Assembly: GCA_964387265.1 (NCBI GenBank)
Contig: CAYLWC010000012.1
Span: forward strand, 2,737-66,736
Reading direction: 5' to 3'
DNA: 64,000 nt
Source of the DNA: an uncultured Vampirovibrionales bacterium
GTDB taxonomy: Bacteria > Cyanobacteriota > Vampirovibrionia > Vampirovibrionales > Vampirovibrionaceae
Shown here one piece after another: positions 8,448 through 18,051 of the stretch. Position 1 is the stretch's first letter. The number at the start of each line of letters is the position of its first letter. The position numbers and the translations under genes were made by a program. The notes beneath the pieces were generated by a model. It worked only from the letters and a program-made list of their open reading frames with translations. It made no database searches and was not told the origin of the DNA.

Positions 8448-9344
8448 TTAATGATTCAACAGAACCGAAAGCGTGGTCTGAGGAATCCGGTTGGTTTGAG
8501 CCAGAACATTGACTGAAGCCTCTTTCAGTATTTGATACTGCACCATCGTGGCAGTTTCCTCGGCAATATCCAGATCCCGAATCTGAGAGTTGGAGATGGT
8601 GAAGTTCTCAATGGAGGTGCTGAGGTTGCTGATCACACTCTCAAACTGGTTTTGATAAGATCCAATATCTGAGCGCATGCGAATCACAGCCTGGATACCC
8701 GCGTTCACATCAGCCAGGAAATCCAACGCATCCTGGCTGCTTTCAATATTAATATCGTTGATCGAGGCAAAGGTCGCACTCGCCCCCACAATGCCAAGAC
8801 CTGCATTAGTCGCCGTGGCCAAGACCAGACCTAAATCAATCATGTTGGTTGTGGCATCGGAATTGGGGCCAATCTGTACCGGTGCTTTGGGAGGGTCCAC
8901 ACCTGGTGTTACCGTTTTCATCGAGCCATCCAGCAGGCTCAAGCCGTTAAACAGGGTGGAGGCCGAAATTCGATCAATATCGTTAAGCCGCGCCTTGATC
9001 TCCTCCTCAATGGAATCCCGGCTGCTGGTGTCGTTGATATCGCTAGCGGCCTGAATGGTCAGCTCCCGAATCCGCTGCAGGTTATCCCCAATCACGGTGA
9101 GGGCGCCTTCGGCAATCTGCAAGACCCCAATCCCATCCTGGGAATTCCTCAAGGCCTGCTCCATCCGTTTAATCTGCCCTACCAGGTTTTGAGAAATCGT
9201 CAGACCCGCAGCATCATCGGCGGCCCTGTTAATTCGAAGCCCCGATGATAGACGTTGCAAAGATTTTTGGTATTGCGCCGTATTTAACGACAGCTGCCTT
9301 TGTGCAATCAGCGATGGAACATTGGTATTAACAACAAGAGACAT
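8448..9344 (-). CDS. Flagellin (second paralog)
   Basis: N-terminus MSLVVNTNVPSLIAQRQLSLNTAQYQKSLQRLSSGLRINRAADDAAG. C-terminus …YQILKEASVNVLAQTN. Strong SD (TTAAGGAGAACGTGTATG). Confidence 0.85.
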   Translation of the reverse strand: MSLVVNTNVPSLIAQRQLSLNTAQYQKSLQRLSSGLRINRAADDAAGLTISQNLVGQIKRMEQALRNSQDGIGVLQIAEGALTVIGDNLQRIRELTIQAASDINDTSSRDSIEEEIKARLNDIDRISASTLFNGLSLLDGSMKTVTPGVDPPKAPVQIGPNSDATTNMIDLGLVLATATNAGLGIVGASATFASINDINIESSQDALDFLADVNAGIQAVIRMRSDIGSYQNQFESVISNLSTSIENFTISNSQIRDLDIAEETATMVQYQILKEASVNVLAQTNRIPQTTLSVLLNH

Positions 9345-9494
9345 ACACGTTCTCCTTAACGTCATTCTAAAAGCCACGTCCTTGTGGCATTTTGAGCGAA
9401 AAGAGTTTCTATCATCCGTATCGGACTGTCTCGGCTCCAACTAAAGGGATCCCCGCCTTGTTTTCCTTCAAGTGGAGGAGAAGTAATTTTCGCC

Positions 9495-9530
9495 TTATCG
9501 CTCCCTTCCAGGCAGGACTTATGATAAAGT
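9495..9530 (-). promoter_or_regulatory. Candidate sigma28-like promoter for flagellin 2 (minus strand: TAAG, 16 nt, AGCGATAA)
   Basis: By eye, 7/8 match to the FliA -10 GCCGATAA with spacing about 1 nt longer than consensus and a weak -35. Lies about 150 nt upstream of the start. Confidence 0.25.
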
Positions 9531-9570
9531 AGAAGGAACGGGCTCAATAGTTGATAGAAAGGGGATTCTT

Positions 9571-10902
9571 GTGAAAATCGCAGTCATCGGATCAGGTTAT
9601 GTCGGGACGGTTACAGGAACCTGTTTGGCCGAACTTGGCCACCAGGTGGTCTGTGCGGATCTCAATGAAAACCTGATGGCCAACCTCCAGAAAGGAATTG
9701 TCCATTTTTACGAGGAGGGGCTAGAAACCCTGATCCGAACCAACCTGGAAGCGGAGCGGCTTCGCTTCACCCCGGACATTACCCAGGCCGTCAAAGACTC
9801 GGAAGTGATTTTCCTGTGTATCGGTACCCCACCATTGCCCAACGGGAAACCCGACATGAACGCCTTGACCCAGGCAGTCAAAACCATTGCCTCTGCTATG
9901 GACGGGTACCGGCTGATCATTGAGAAATCCACCATGCCCATTAAAACAGGCGAGTGGCTAAAAGAAATGCTCAAGGCTGAACTGCCTGGGGATATTCCCT
10001 TTGATATTGCCGCTGTTCCTCAGTTTTTACGGGAAGGCCACGCTATCCATGATTTCATGCACCCGGATCGGGTCATTATTGGGGCCGAGGTTCAACAGGC
10101 CGTGGATACCATTGTAGAAATCTACAGCCCACTCAATACCCCCATTCTGGTCACCGATATCAACAGCGCCGAGTTGATTAAACATGCGACCAACGCCTTT
10201 TTGGCCACTAAAATCTCCTTTATTAACACCATTGCCCAAATCTGTGAAAAAACCGGGGCCGATATCGGCAAAGTTTCTAAAGGTTTGGGGCTGGATAAGC
10301 GGATCTCCCCCGATTATCTTAATGCGGGCATTGGGTATGGCGGAATTTTCTTCCCCAAAGATCTGAATTCCCTCGTCAATATTGCCGATGAGTACCACCT
10401 GAACCTGGATTTACTCAAGGCGGTGGAAACCATTAACCGATACCAGCGGATTAACTTCATTGAAAAAATCGCTGAGTCGGTTGAAGGCGGTATCTCCGGA
10501 AAAACGGTGGCAATCTGGGGTTTGGCCTACCGACCTCATACCGATGATATGCGGGACGCCCCCAGTATCTCCATTATTCGGGGCCTGGAAAAGCGGGGCG
10601 CCAAAATCCGGGCCTATGATCCCTTAGCCATGGATGCCTCAAAACAGCACCTTCGGGGCATCACTTTTTGTGAAACACCCTATAAGGCAGCGCAAGGCGC
10701 AGATGTTATCGCTATCTTGACTGAGTGGCAAGAATTTGGATATCTCAATTTCCTCAAACTTAAAACTGAAAGCGCCTGCCGGGTCATTGTGGATGGCCGA
10801 AACATGTTTAATCCTGAACGGATGAGTACATTAGGCTACAAATACATCAGCATTGGCCGCAAAGCCGTAGAGCCCCAAAAAATCCCGGTTGGAAAAGCCT
10901 AA
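9571..10902 (+). CDS. ugd: UDP-glucose/GDP-mannose dehydrogenase family (likely UDP-glucose 6-dehydrogenase)
   Basis: GTG start after an AGGGGA SD. N-terminal Rossmann motif VIGSGYVGTVTG. Length and domain order typical of nucleotide-sugar dehydrogenases. Confidence 0.8.
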   Translation: MKIAVIGSGYVGTVTGTCLAELGHQVVCADLNENLMANLQKGIVHFYEEGLETLIRTNLEAERLRFTPDITQAVKDSEVIFLCIGTPPLPNGKPDMNALTQAVKTIASAMDGYRLIIEKSTMPIKTGEWLKEMLKAELPGDIPFDIAAVPQFLREGHAIHDFMHPDRVIIGAEVQQAVDTIVEIYSPLNTPILVTDINSAELIKHATNAFLATKISFINTIAQICEKTGADIGKVSKGLGLDKRISPDYLNAGIGYGGIFFPKDLNSLVNIADEYHLNLDLLKAVETINRYQRINFIEKIAESVEGGISGKTVAIWGLAYRPHTDDMRDAPSISIIRGLEKRGAKIRAYDPLAMDASKQHLRGITFCETPYKAAQGADVIAILTEWQEFGYLNFLKLKTESACRVIVDGRNMFNPERMSTLGYKYISIGRKAVEPQKIPVGKA

Positions 10903-10966
10903 GTTCACTTTGCCACCTTCCATCATCCCCGAGCCCGGCTTACAATAAAAGCAGGTTCTTTTTCAG

Positions 10967-11656
10967 GTGGAGAGAGCGTTCATTATGTACCATCCCGACC
11001 GACAAGTATCCCCCATGCCAAAATTCCCGGATAGGGATGTTTTTCCCTCCTTATCCCTGTTTTCGGATCAGGAGGTGGATGAGGCCCGGGGGATGAAGCT
11101 GATCCAGAAGCAGGTGGACTTTCTGGCCTCCCACATGCAAAAACAGCTCATCGAACATGAGCGGGCGCTTACCTGCACCAACCGGGTGTTTGAAGAGTTG
11201 CTGCAAAATATGGATATTCTGGCGCACTTTTTCCAGGAAGCCTTTGAAGCTCGGGAAAGCCAGGCGGGTCGGGTATTTTTCAGCTGCGATGCAGATCGCT
11301 CCCTGGGCATCCTGAACATTCTATGGCACGCCATTAGCTTTACCGTTCGCGGCAATACACGCCCCATGGCCCTGTTCCGCACAGGCCGGGAGCCGTTGTT
11401 TACTGGTCGGATTCTGGCCCTAAGCGGGGACTTCCAGGATCCCAGCAGCCCTCTTTATAATATTCATTACCCCGATATTCTCCAACATGAAGTGGCGTCG
11501 CTCTATCTGCCTGCCGATCCCACAGCCCCGGCGGTGATGAAAATCAAGCATCTGGGCGCCGAAGAGCTATACTTTCATCAAGCCGACGCCGCCCGATCCT
11601 TTTTGCTTAAAACCATTGAAATTGTCTGTGGGGGTGGGTTTTTCCACGAGACTTAG
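10967..11656 (+). CDS. Hypothetical protein
   Basis: 229-aa ORF. No family recognised. Confidence 0.4.
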   Translation: MERAFIMYHPDRQVSPMPKFPDRDVFPSLSLFSDQEVDEARGMKLIQKQVDFLASHMQKQLIEHERALTCTNRVFEELLQNMDILAHFFQEAFEARESQAGRVFFSCDADRSLGILNILWHAISFTVRGNTRPMALFRTGREPLFTGRILALSGDFQDPSSPLYNIHYPDILQHEVASLYLPADPTAPAVMKIKHLGAEELYFHQADAARSFLLKTIEIVCGGGFFHET

Positions 11657-11674
11657 ACCTCTCCCAAACAGCCG

Positions 11675-12127
11675 TCAGGACTCGACCCGTTCTTGAAGAG
11701 TCTGCTCTATCATCAGGGCGATGGAAGGGATCAACCGGCGTTGCAAATCGTCAGGACAGTCGCTTAAAAACTGCATGGCCGAGCGCAAGACCTCATGAAC
11801 ATCGTACCAGCGCCGTCCGGTTGAGGTCGTCTCGTTGTTCCCCACACCGTTCTGAGCCATGTATGCCTCCAGACCCGACACCGACCCCTCGGCCTGGGCT
11901 TCCATCTGATGCTCCACAATAATCTGGATGATGTTTAAGGCAACCTGGGCCTGGTATTTGTCAGGCGCATGCCGCAGTTGCTCCAACGCTTTGGAAAGCG
12001 CCGGATCCTCATCATACCAACGTCGAAAAGCATCATTATCAGCTAAGTTCATAGCACACCGCTTTTTAGCCGCTCCCTCACACTTGCGATCTTGCATCAT
12101 TATACCCAGCCTTTTATTGACATTCAC
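11675..12127 (-). CDS. Hypothetical protein (start uncertain; several in-frame ATG/GTG codons)
   Basis: 150-aa ORF with a twice-repeated RWYD-x-xP motif. No family recognised. Confidence 0.35.
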   Translation of the reverse strand: MNVNKRLGIMMQDRKCEGAAKKRCAMNLADNDAFRRWYDEDPALSKALEQLRHAPDKYQAQVALNIIQIIVEHQMEAQAEGSVSGLEAYMAQNGVGNNETTSTGRRWYDVHEVLRSAMQFLSDCPDDLQRRLIPSIALMIEQTLQERVES

Positions 12128-12157
12128 CCTCCATTCAACCCATAATAAATTACCCTT

Positions 12158-12231
12158 GGCATAGTAGCTCAGTTGGCTAGAGCACGCGGTTCATACCCGC
12201 GGAGTCGCTGGTTCGAATCCAGCCTATGCCA
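12158..12231 (+). tRNA. tRNA-Met, anticodon CAT (elongator type; could alternatively be a lysidine-modified tRNA-Ile2)
   Basis: Cloverleaf hand-folded: acceptor GGCATAG/CTATGCC, D-arm GCTC/GAGC, anticodon stem CGCGG/CCGCG with loop TTCATAC, T-arm GCTGG-TTCGAAT-CCAGC, discriminator A. CCA is not encoded. The anticodon stem lacks the three consecutive G-C pairs of initiator tRNA. Confidence 0.8.
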
Positions 12232-12264
12232 TTTTCCTCATTTCACCGGAAGAGAGAGTGTGTG

Positions 12265-12519
12265 ATGGCCCAAGTTCCCCCACCCCCACAGTTTTCCGTG
12301 CTGGTGTTTCTCAAATCCCTGGCAACACCTGTGGTCTTGTATGCGGAAAACCCCTCCCAGCTTTATGAGGAAATGCGACAGATCATTAAAAGCGCCAACC
12401 CCCACCAACCGAAGCTCCTTGAAAAACAGGGGGTAGGACCGCTAAGAAAAGTATCGTTCCTGGATACCGAACTTTCCGGGGTGGCCATTCAGGTGGATCC
12501 TGTTCTGGGACAGCGCTAA
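12265..12519 (+). CDS. Hypothetical small protein
   Basis: Internal ATG after GAGAGAG. The upstream part of the ORF overlaps the tRNA and is unlikely to be coding. Confidence 0.3.
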   Translation: MAQVPPPPQFSVLVFLKSLATPVVLYAENPSQLYEEMRQIIKSANPHQPKLLEKQGVGPLRKVSFLDTELSGVAIQVDPVLGQR

Positions 12520-12525
12520 CGGCTT

Positions 12526-13506
12526 TTAAGAGGCTTCCAGCATTTTCTTTTTCAAGAGGCTGATGTGCTCCTCTACCTCTTTGGCTTCCTCGGCGTCCAC
12601 CCCTTTTTGGATGTAGCGTTCAAACATCTGGATGGCATCGTTGTAAGCGCCGGTTTTTTCATACGCATACCCTAGGTTGTTATAGGCATTGGCATAGTTG
12701 GGATCAATGGCAATGGCGGTTTGATAGTGAACAATCGCCTGTGTGGGATCTTCTTTGCAGTAATAAGCGAGCCCTAGCTGGTTGTGGGCCTTGGCATAAT
12801 TGGGATCAATGGCAATGGCTTTCTCACTATACTCAATGGTCCCATCCCAGTCGCCCATCTTGGCCAGGGTAATGGAAATTTCGTAATTGGCTTCCAAATT
12901 GTTGGGATCCATTTCCAGAACCTTGCGATACGCCCCCGAGGCTTCGGGAAACTGCATGGATTTATCGTACAGTTTGCCCATAAACAAATAGGCCTCTTTG
13001 TTGTTTCCATCCAGCTCAACCGAGGTTTTGTACGCCTCAATCGCCTGCTCATGCTGTTTTAAAGCCTCGTGTACCAAGCCCAGAATATAAAAGGTATCGG
13101 CATCACTGGCATTGATCTGAGCCGCTTGCTCCAAAATCTTCAACGCCTTCTCAAAATTCTCTTCCCCATAATAAATCAGCCCCAAATTATAGAGGGTCTC
13201 AAAGTCCTGGGGGTTCAGCTCCAGGACTTTCTCAAAGTTTTCCTTGGCCAACGCCATCTCATCCTGACGTTGATAGATCAGCCCCAGATTATAATACACG
13301 TTGGCAAAATCCGGCTTGAGCATTTGGGCTTTATCCAGAAGCGTCAGGGCCTTCTCAAGATCATCTTGCAAGTAGCAATCAATGGCCTTGTTATAGTACC
13401 ACTCAGCCGTACGCCGACTGTTACGAAGCAAAAAGATGACAATGACAACCAACCCTGCCAACAGCAGGATCGCAACGCCAATCATTACGGCCTGGGAAAT
13501 TAACAT
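12526..13506 (-). CDS. Tetratricopeptide-repeat protein with an N-terminal transmembrane anchor
   Basis: N-terminal hydrophobic helix. About 8 consecutive 34-residue TPR units (…AYYNLGLIY…, …AHNQLGLAYY…, …AYNNLGYAY…). Confidence 0.8.
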   Translation of the reverse strand: MLISQAVMIGVAILLLAGLVVIVIFLLRNSRRTAEWYYNKAIDCYLQDDLEKALTLLDKAQMLKPDFANVYYNLGLIYQRQDEMALAKENFEKVLELNPQDFETLYNLGLIYYGEENFEKALKILEQAAQINASDADTFYILGLVHEALKQHEQAIEAYKTSVELDGNNKEAYLFMGKLYDKSMQFPEASGAYRKVLEMDPNNLEANYEISITLAKMGDWDGTIEYSEKAIAIDPNYAKAHNQLGLAYYCKEDPTQAIVHYQTAIAIDPNYANAYNNLGYAYEKTGAYNDAIQMFERYIQKGVDAEEAKEVEEHISLLKKKMLEAS

Positions 13507-13584
13507 AGCACTCTCGCTTCACCCCCTGGATCTCTTAGGGGGGTTCATCTTTATTGTACCTGATAACCGCAAACCCAAGCGACC

Positions 13585-14154
13585 CTAGAGTTCCATTTCC
13601 GAGGTCACATTTCCCTCCAGTGAAATATTGGACAGGTCCAGGTTAAAACGGCAGCGTTCCGCTTGTGACGCGCCAAACTGGTGTTCCAGTTCCACCCCGC
13701 CACTGGCCACCACCTCATCATTTCGGGCGGACCACGCCATATTCGGGGCCTGTAAGTTCACCCGGTTATCCTCATCCTTGGACTGGGCCACGACCCCGCC
13801 ATTCAACTGAACCTGGTTTTCCTTGTTAACATACCGTCCCGCCGGAGCGGTAAAGGTCAACACCGGATTACCGTTTTTATCAAAGAACTCGCCCTTCACA
13901 TTTTTCAGCTTCGCCCCACTCTGATCCTCAAAGTACTGGGCTTCTTCAGCAACAAGATGCCACTTTTTTCGCTCCCCTTCCGTAATCACAAACGAGACAT
14001 TCTGACCCGTCGCCTTGGGGCCTGTTTGCTCCCATTCCGCTTCATTCATTGAGCGGGCATCCTTGTCCATATCCTTTTGCGCCGAGAATATTGCCACGAT
14101 TCCCCCGACCAGAAACAAGGCCAGCAAGATCAACAGCCACTTTTTATACGGCAT
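13585..14154 (-). CDS. lptC: LptC-like LPS-export periplasmic protein (N-terminal TM anchor)
   Basis: Single N-terminal TM helix followed by a beta-rich domain resembling the LptC/OstA fold. The assignment is tentative. Confidence 0.45.
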   Translation of the reverse strand: MPYKKWLLILLALFLVGGIVAIFSAQKDMDKDARSMNEAEWEQTGPKATGQNVSFVITEGERKKWHLVAEEAQYFEDQSGAKLKNVKGEFFDKNGNPVLTFTAPAGRYVNKENQVQLNGGVVAQSKDEDNRVNLQAPNMAWSARNDEVVASGGVELEHQFGASQAERCRFNLDLSNISLEGNVTSEMEL

Positions 14155-14209
14155 GGAACCTCCACATCATTCTCGATTACTAAGAACGCCTTCGGCTGAG
14201 ATTGTTCCA

Positions 14210-15736
14210 TCAGGCCCCGGATGGAGCCGGATTGCTTGGGGCTAAAACAGCATCATACCAGAACTTCTGTTCTCGCGTCCCGATTTCATCCACATGAATA
14301 TGCTTCACTTCCATGTATTCATGCAGGGCCTCTTCACCCAGTTCCCGGCCCAGACCTGATTGCTTGTATCCGCCAAAGGGCGCTTTTTCACTGATTAAAT
14401 GATATTCATTCACCCAGACCGTCCCGGTACGAAGCTGCCGAGCGACCTCCAACGCCTTCTCGGCATCCTGACTCCATACGGCGCCAGATAAGCCATAAGG
14501 GGAATCATTGGCCACCTGTACCGCTTCATCCAAGGTTTTGAATTTGAGAACGGACACCACCGGCCCAAAAATTTCTTCCTGAGCCACCGTCATCGCGTTT
14601 TCCACATCCACAAAGACCGTGGGTTCCACAAAATTCCCCAACTTCAGTTCCGGGTTTGCCGGAGTTCCTCCTCCCAGCACACATCGGGCGCCTTCTTTCT
14701 TGGCCAACTCAATGTAACGCAGGACCCGCTCTTGCTGCTTTTTAGACACCAAAGGCCCCATATCGGTTTCACGGGCAGCCGGATCCCCCAACTGAATTTG
14801 TTTGGCCCGCTCTAAAAAGCGGTTGAGGAACGCATCATAAATACCTTCTTGCAGCAGCAGACGGGTTCCTGCCGTACAACACTGACCGCTGTGGAAAAAC
14901 GCCGCATAGAGCGCCCCATCCACGGCCAGGGTGAGATCGGCATCATCTAAAATGATATTGGCCGATTTCCCGCCCAGCTCCAGCGTGACCCGCTTCAGGC
15001 CATGGCTGGCCTCATGCATGACCTTTTTGCCCACCTCCGTGGAGCCGGTAAAGGCGATTTTATCCACCTGCGGATGCTGGGACAAAGCTGCCCCAGCTTC
15101 TTCCCCCAGGCCGGTGACGATATTCAGCACGCCAGGTGGCAAGTCGGTTTCCGCTACCAGTTTCGCCAGTTCCATCGCCACCGCCGGGGTTTCTTCCGCC
15201 GGTTTGAGCACCACCGTATTTCCAGCCGCCAGAGCCGGGCCAATTTTCCAGATAGCCATTTGCAGCGGAAAGTTCCAGGGAATAATCTGCGCGCACACCC
15301 CTATAGGTTCTCGTACCAAAAGATTCTGGCTGACGCCGTCTTTGGAAAGGGCCTCAATTTTTTGAGTCGTCTCCCGCTTGGCCAGGCGGGCAAAGTAGGC
15401 CAGGTGCTTCCCACTCAGCCAGACTTCCCCTTTGGCTTTACGATAGGTTGAGCCAGATTCCTCAATCATCAGCTTGGTCAGTTCTTTGGAATGCTCATCA
15501 ATTTTTTGGGCAAGCTGGGTCAGGATTTCCCCACGGGCTTCTCCACTCATGGATGGCCAGGGGCCGTGCTCAAAGGCGCGCCTTGCTGCCTGAACCGCTT
15601 TGTCAACATCTGTGGCCTGCCCTCGGGCTACTTTGGCAACCGGTTCCCCGGTAAACGGGTTCACACTGTCAAAAGTCTCGCCCGACACCGCCGGAACAAA
15701 CTGACCGTCAATATACAGTTGATATTCGCGCATCAC
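14210..15736 (-). CDS. NAD(P)-dependent aldehyde dehydrogenase
   Basis: ALDH family signatures (…ELGGKSANIILDDADL…, catalytic Cys region …FFHSGQCCTAGTRLL…). 508 aa. Confidence 0.85.
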   Translation of the reverse strand: MMREYQLYIDGQFVPAVSGETFDSVNPFTGEPVAKVARGQATDVDKAVQAARRAFEHGPWPSMSGEARGEILTQLAQKIDEHSKELTKLMIEESGSTYRKAKGEVWLSGKHLAYFARLAKRETTQKIEALSKDGVSQNLLVREPIGVCAQIIPWNFPLQMAIWKIGPALAAGNTVVLKPAEETPAVAMELAKLVAETDLPPGVLNIVTGLGEEAGAALSQHPQVDKIAFTGSTEVGKKVMHEASHGLKRVTLELGGKSANIILDDADLTLAVDGALYAAFFHSGQCCTAGTRLLLQEGIYDAFLNRFLERAKQIQLGDPAARETDMGPLVSKKQQERVLRYIELAKKEGARCVLGGGTPANPELKLGNFVEPTVFVDVENAMTVAQEEIFGPVVSVLKFKTLDEAVQVANDSPYGLSGAVWSQDAEKALEVARQLRTGTVWVNEYHLISEKAPFGGYKQSGLGRELGEEALHEYMEVKHIHVDEIGTREQKFWYDAVLAPSNPAPSGA

Positions 15737-15812
15737 ACTAGCCTCCCCTAATCATGCTGGACATGTCTTTAACCAGCGTACCAGCAAAAACCGACAGGCT
15801 CAATGCGGGGGT

Positions 15813-16679
15813 TTAGGCAAAGGAGGATTTTTGCATGCTATCCATAAACAAGCGAATGCGCCACATGCCCTGAGTGATCTCTTTGCGAAACTGCTGCAGC
15901 GCCAATTCTAGCCGTGGCTTAAACAGGTCAAGCAAGGTGGGCTTTAACTGCTGGTATTCCGTCTGGAGTTTAACCAACGCCCCATGTAGCCGTTGCCTAT
16001 CCTCTTTTAAGGGCAGCTTGTCCTGTTCTACCAACGCTCTAAAGAGACGGACCACCTGATTTTTAGCTTCCAAGTGGTGAATTTTTAACAGATCCGGCAG
16101 CGTTTGAGTCGGGAGCGGTGCTTCCAACAATAAAAATAAAGGTTCCTTGAGGGCTGAAATGATTTCAGGGCGCACTAACAGGGTCTTGAGGATCCGATCA
16201 GCCGCTTCTGCCCGGTGTGAGCTGGGGGCGGTAAAATCCTGCACCCGCTGAAAGAACTGCCCATACGTCAGCTGAGGAAACTTTTCTCCATCCAGAATTT
16301 GTCGGCACAATGAGGCGACCGGATTGGAAAGCTCATCTTCCCCTTGATACACTTGCATCCCGTCAATGTATAGGGTCCATATGGGGGGGGTTTCCCAAGA
16401 AACGGTTTCCCACATCAACAAAAACACCGAACCAACCGGATTATCCGGGGTGGAAGGCTGCCAACCCGCCGTCCACTGACACCCGGATTTGCTATAGAGC
16501 AAGTCCAAAGGATCTTCGAACTCAAAGGCCAGCCGGGACCAACGCTCGGTAATGATCTGCCGAATCACATCCGGCGCATCCATTTTTAGCAGAGAGTCCG
16601 GCAAGACGGCGGTCAATAAGCGATCCAGCAACGCGGGAGCCGGTTTCAGAGGCGGTGATTCTAAAGCCAAAGTAGACAT
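15813..16679 (-). CDS. Hypothetical protein
   Basis: 288-aa ORF. No family recognised. Confidence 0.4.
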   Translation of the reverse strand: MSTLALESPPLKPAPALLDRLLTAVLPDSLLKMDAPDVIRQIITERWSRLAFEFEDPLDLLYSKSGCQWTAGWQPSTPDNPVGSVFLLMWETVSWETPPIWTLYIDGMQVYQGEDELSNPVASLCRQILDGEKFPQLTYGQFFQRVQDFTAPSSHRAEAADRILKTLLVRPEIISALKEPLFLLLEAPLPTQTLPDLLKIHHLEAKNQVVRLFRALVEQDKLPLKEDRQRLHGALVKLQTEYQQLKPTLLDLFKPRLELALQQFRKEITQGMWRIRLFMDSMQKSSFA

Positions 16680-16694
16680 AATGCAAGTGTAACC

Positions 16695-16710
16695 ATGTTT
16701 TTTGAAACAT
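16695..16710. promoter_or_regulatory. Perfect palindrome ATGTTT-TTTG-AAACAT, candidate operator
   Basis: Read from the sequence. Lies 16-31 nt upstream of the minus-strand start at 16679 and just downstream of the thiolase gene that ends the catabolic operon. Confidence 0.3.
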
Positions 16711-16767
16711 CTACCCTATTAACTCCCCTCAAGCCGATTTATTGCTCCTTCCGTTTCAACACGCCCC

Positions 16768-17982
16768 CTAGAGCTTTTCCACGATGGTGGCAATCCCCTG
16801 CCCCACCCCGATACACATGGTGGCAAGGCCATATCGGGCGTCAGGCCGTCGGTGCATTTCATACAAGAGCGTGGTCATAATCCGCGCCCCGGAAGCACCC
16901 AGCGGATGGCCCAAGGCAATGGCACCGCCGTTGGGATTCACCTTGGCCAGATCCAGCCCCAATTCCCGAATACAAGCCAAGGATTGGGCAGCAAAGGCCT
17001 CATTGAGCTCAATCAGATCAATCTGATCTAAACTCAGCCCGGCCCGTTTCAGCGCCTTTTGCGTGGCCGGAATCGGCCCCAACCCCATGCAAGCCGGATC
17101 CACCCCAGCCACCGCCGTGGAGACAATCCGGGCCAAGGGCTTAAATCCCAGCGTTTGGGCTTTTTCTGCGCTCATCATTAATAAGACAGCGGCCCCATCA
17201 TTGATCCCCGAAGCATTTCCCGCGGTGACAGTCCCCCCCTCCCGAAAGGCGGGTTTCAGTTTGGCCAGGGCTTCTAGCGTCGTCTCAGGCCGAGGGTGCT
17301 CATCGGTTTCTACCACAACAGGTGCCCCTTTGCGCTGGGGGATCACCACCGGCACAATCTCGTCTTTAAATTTTCCGGCGGCCATGGCCGCCTGGGTCTT
17401 TTGCTGGCTCTCCAACGCAAACTGATCCTGATCGGCCCGAGAAATCTGGTATCGTTCGGCCACATTTTCCGCGGTTTCCCCCATCCCGTACGGGTAATGG
17501 AGTTTGGCCAGCTTCGGGTTGGTAAAGCGCCAGCCAATGGTGGTGTCATATATTTCGCCGTTTCTGGAAAAGGCAGTCTCCGCTTTGGCCATCACCAAGG
17601 GCGCCCGCGTCATGCTTTCTACCCCGCCCGCCACATAGCAATCGGCTTCTCCGGCTTGAAGGGCATGGGCCACCTGATTGATGGCCATCAACCCGGATCC
17701 ACACAACCGATTCACCGTCCCGCCACCAACAGAAAGAGGATATTTCGCCAAAAGTAAAGCCATTCGGGCCACATTGCGGTTATCTTCCCCGGCCTGATTG
17801 GCGCAACCCAAAATCACATCCTCAATTTCTTCTGGGTTCAACGCCGGATGACGTTTGAGTAATTCCTCTAACAGCAGCGCCGCCAGATCATCGGGCCGCA
17901 CCTCTTTCAGCGCACCCGCATACCGACCAATGGGGGTACGAATGGCATCGACAATAACCGCCTGATTGACCGCTTGATTCAT
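16768..17982 (-). CDS. Acetyl-CoA C-acyltransferase (thiolase), 3-oxoadipyl-CoA thiolase PaaJ/PcaF-like
   Basis: Thiolase motifs (…[12 protein letters not shown]… with active-site Cys, C-terminal …[12 protein letters not shown]…). 404 aa. Confidence 0.85.
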   Translation of the reverse strand: MNQAVNQAVIVDAIRTPIGRYAGALKEVRPDDLAALLLEELLKRHPALNPEEIEDVILGCANQAGEDNRNVARMALLLAKYPLSVGGGTVNRLCGSGLMAINQVAHALQAGEADCYVAGGVESMTRAPLVMAKAETAFSRNGEIYDTTIGWRFTNPKLAKLHYPYGMGETAENVAERYQISRADQDQFALESQQKTQAAMAAGKFKDEIVPVVIPQRKGAPVVVETDEHPRPETTLEALAKLKPAFREGGTVTAGNASGINDGAAVLLMMSAEKAQTLGFKPLARIVSTAVAGVDPACMGLGPIPATQKALKRAGLSLDQIDLIELNEAFAAQSLACIRELGLDLAKVNPNGGAIALGHPLGASGARIMTTLLYEMHRRPDARYGLATMCIGVGQGIATIVEKL

Positions 17983-18051
17983 TGGGGGGGGGCTGACCTC
18001 GTTGACCTCACTTTTTCAGTAAACCACAAAGACTGTTTGGGAGCGAATCCC

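Noticed and set aside
8677-9054. 125-aa + strand ORF inside flagellin 2
   Set aside because: Antisense to a conserved flagellin. Low-complexity Ala/Ser/Leu translation typical of a spurious frame.
14931-15751. Several + strand ORFs inside the aldehyde dehydrogenase gene
   Set aside because: Embedded antisense frames in a GC-rich conserved gene.
17063-17757. + strand ORFs (17063..17425, 17296..17757) inside the thiolase gene
   Set aside because: Antisense within a well-supported thiolase. No start context.
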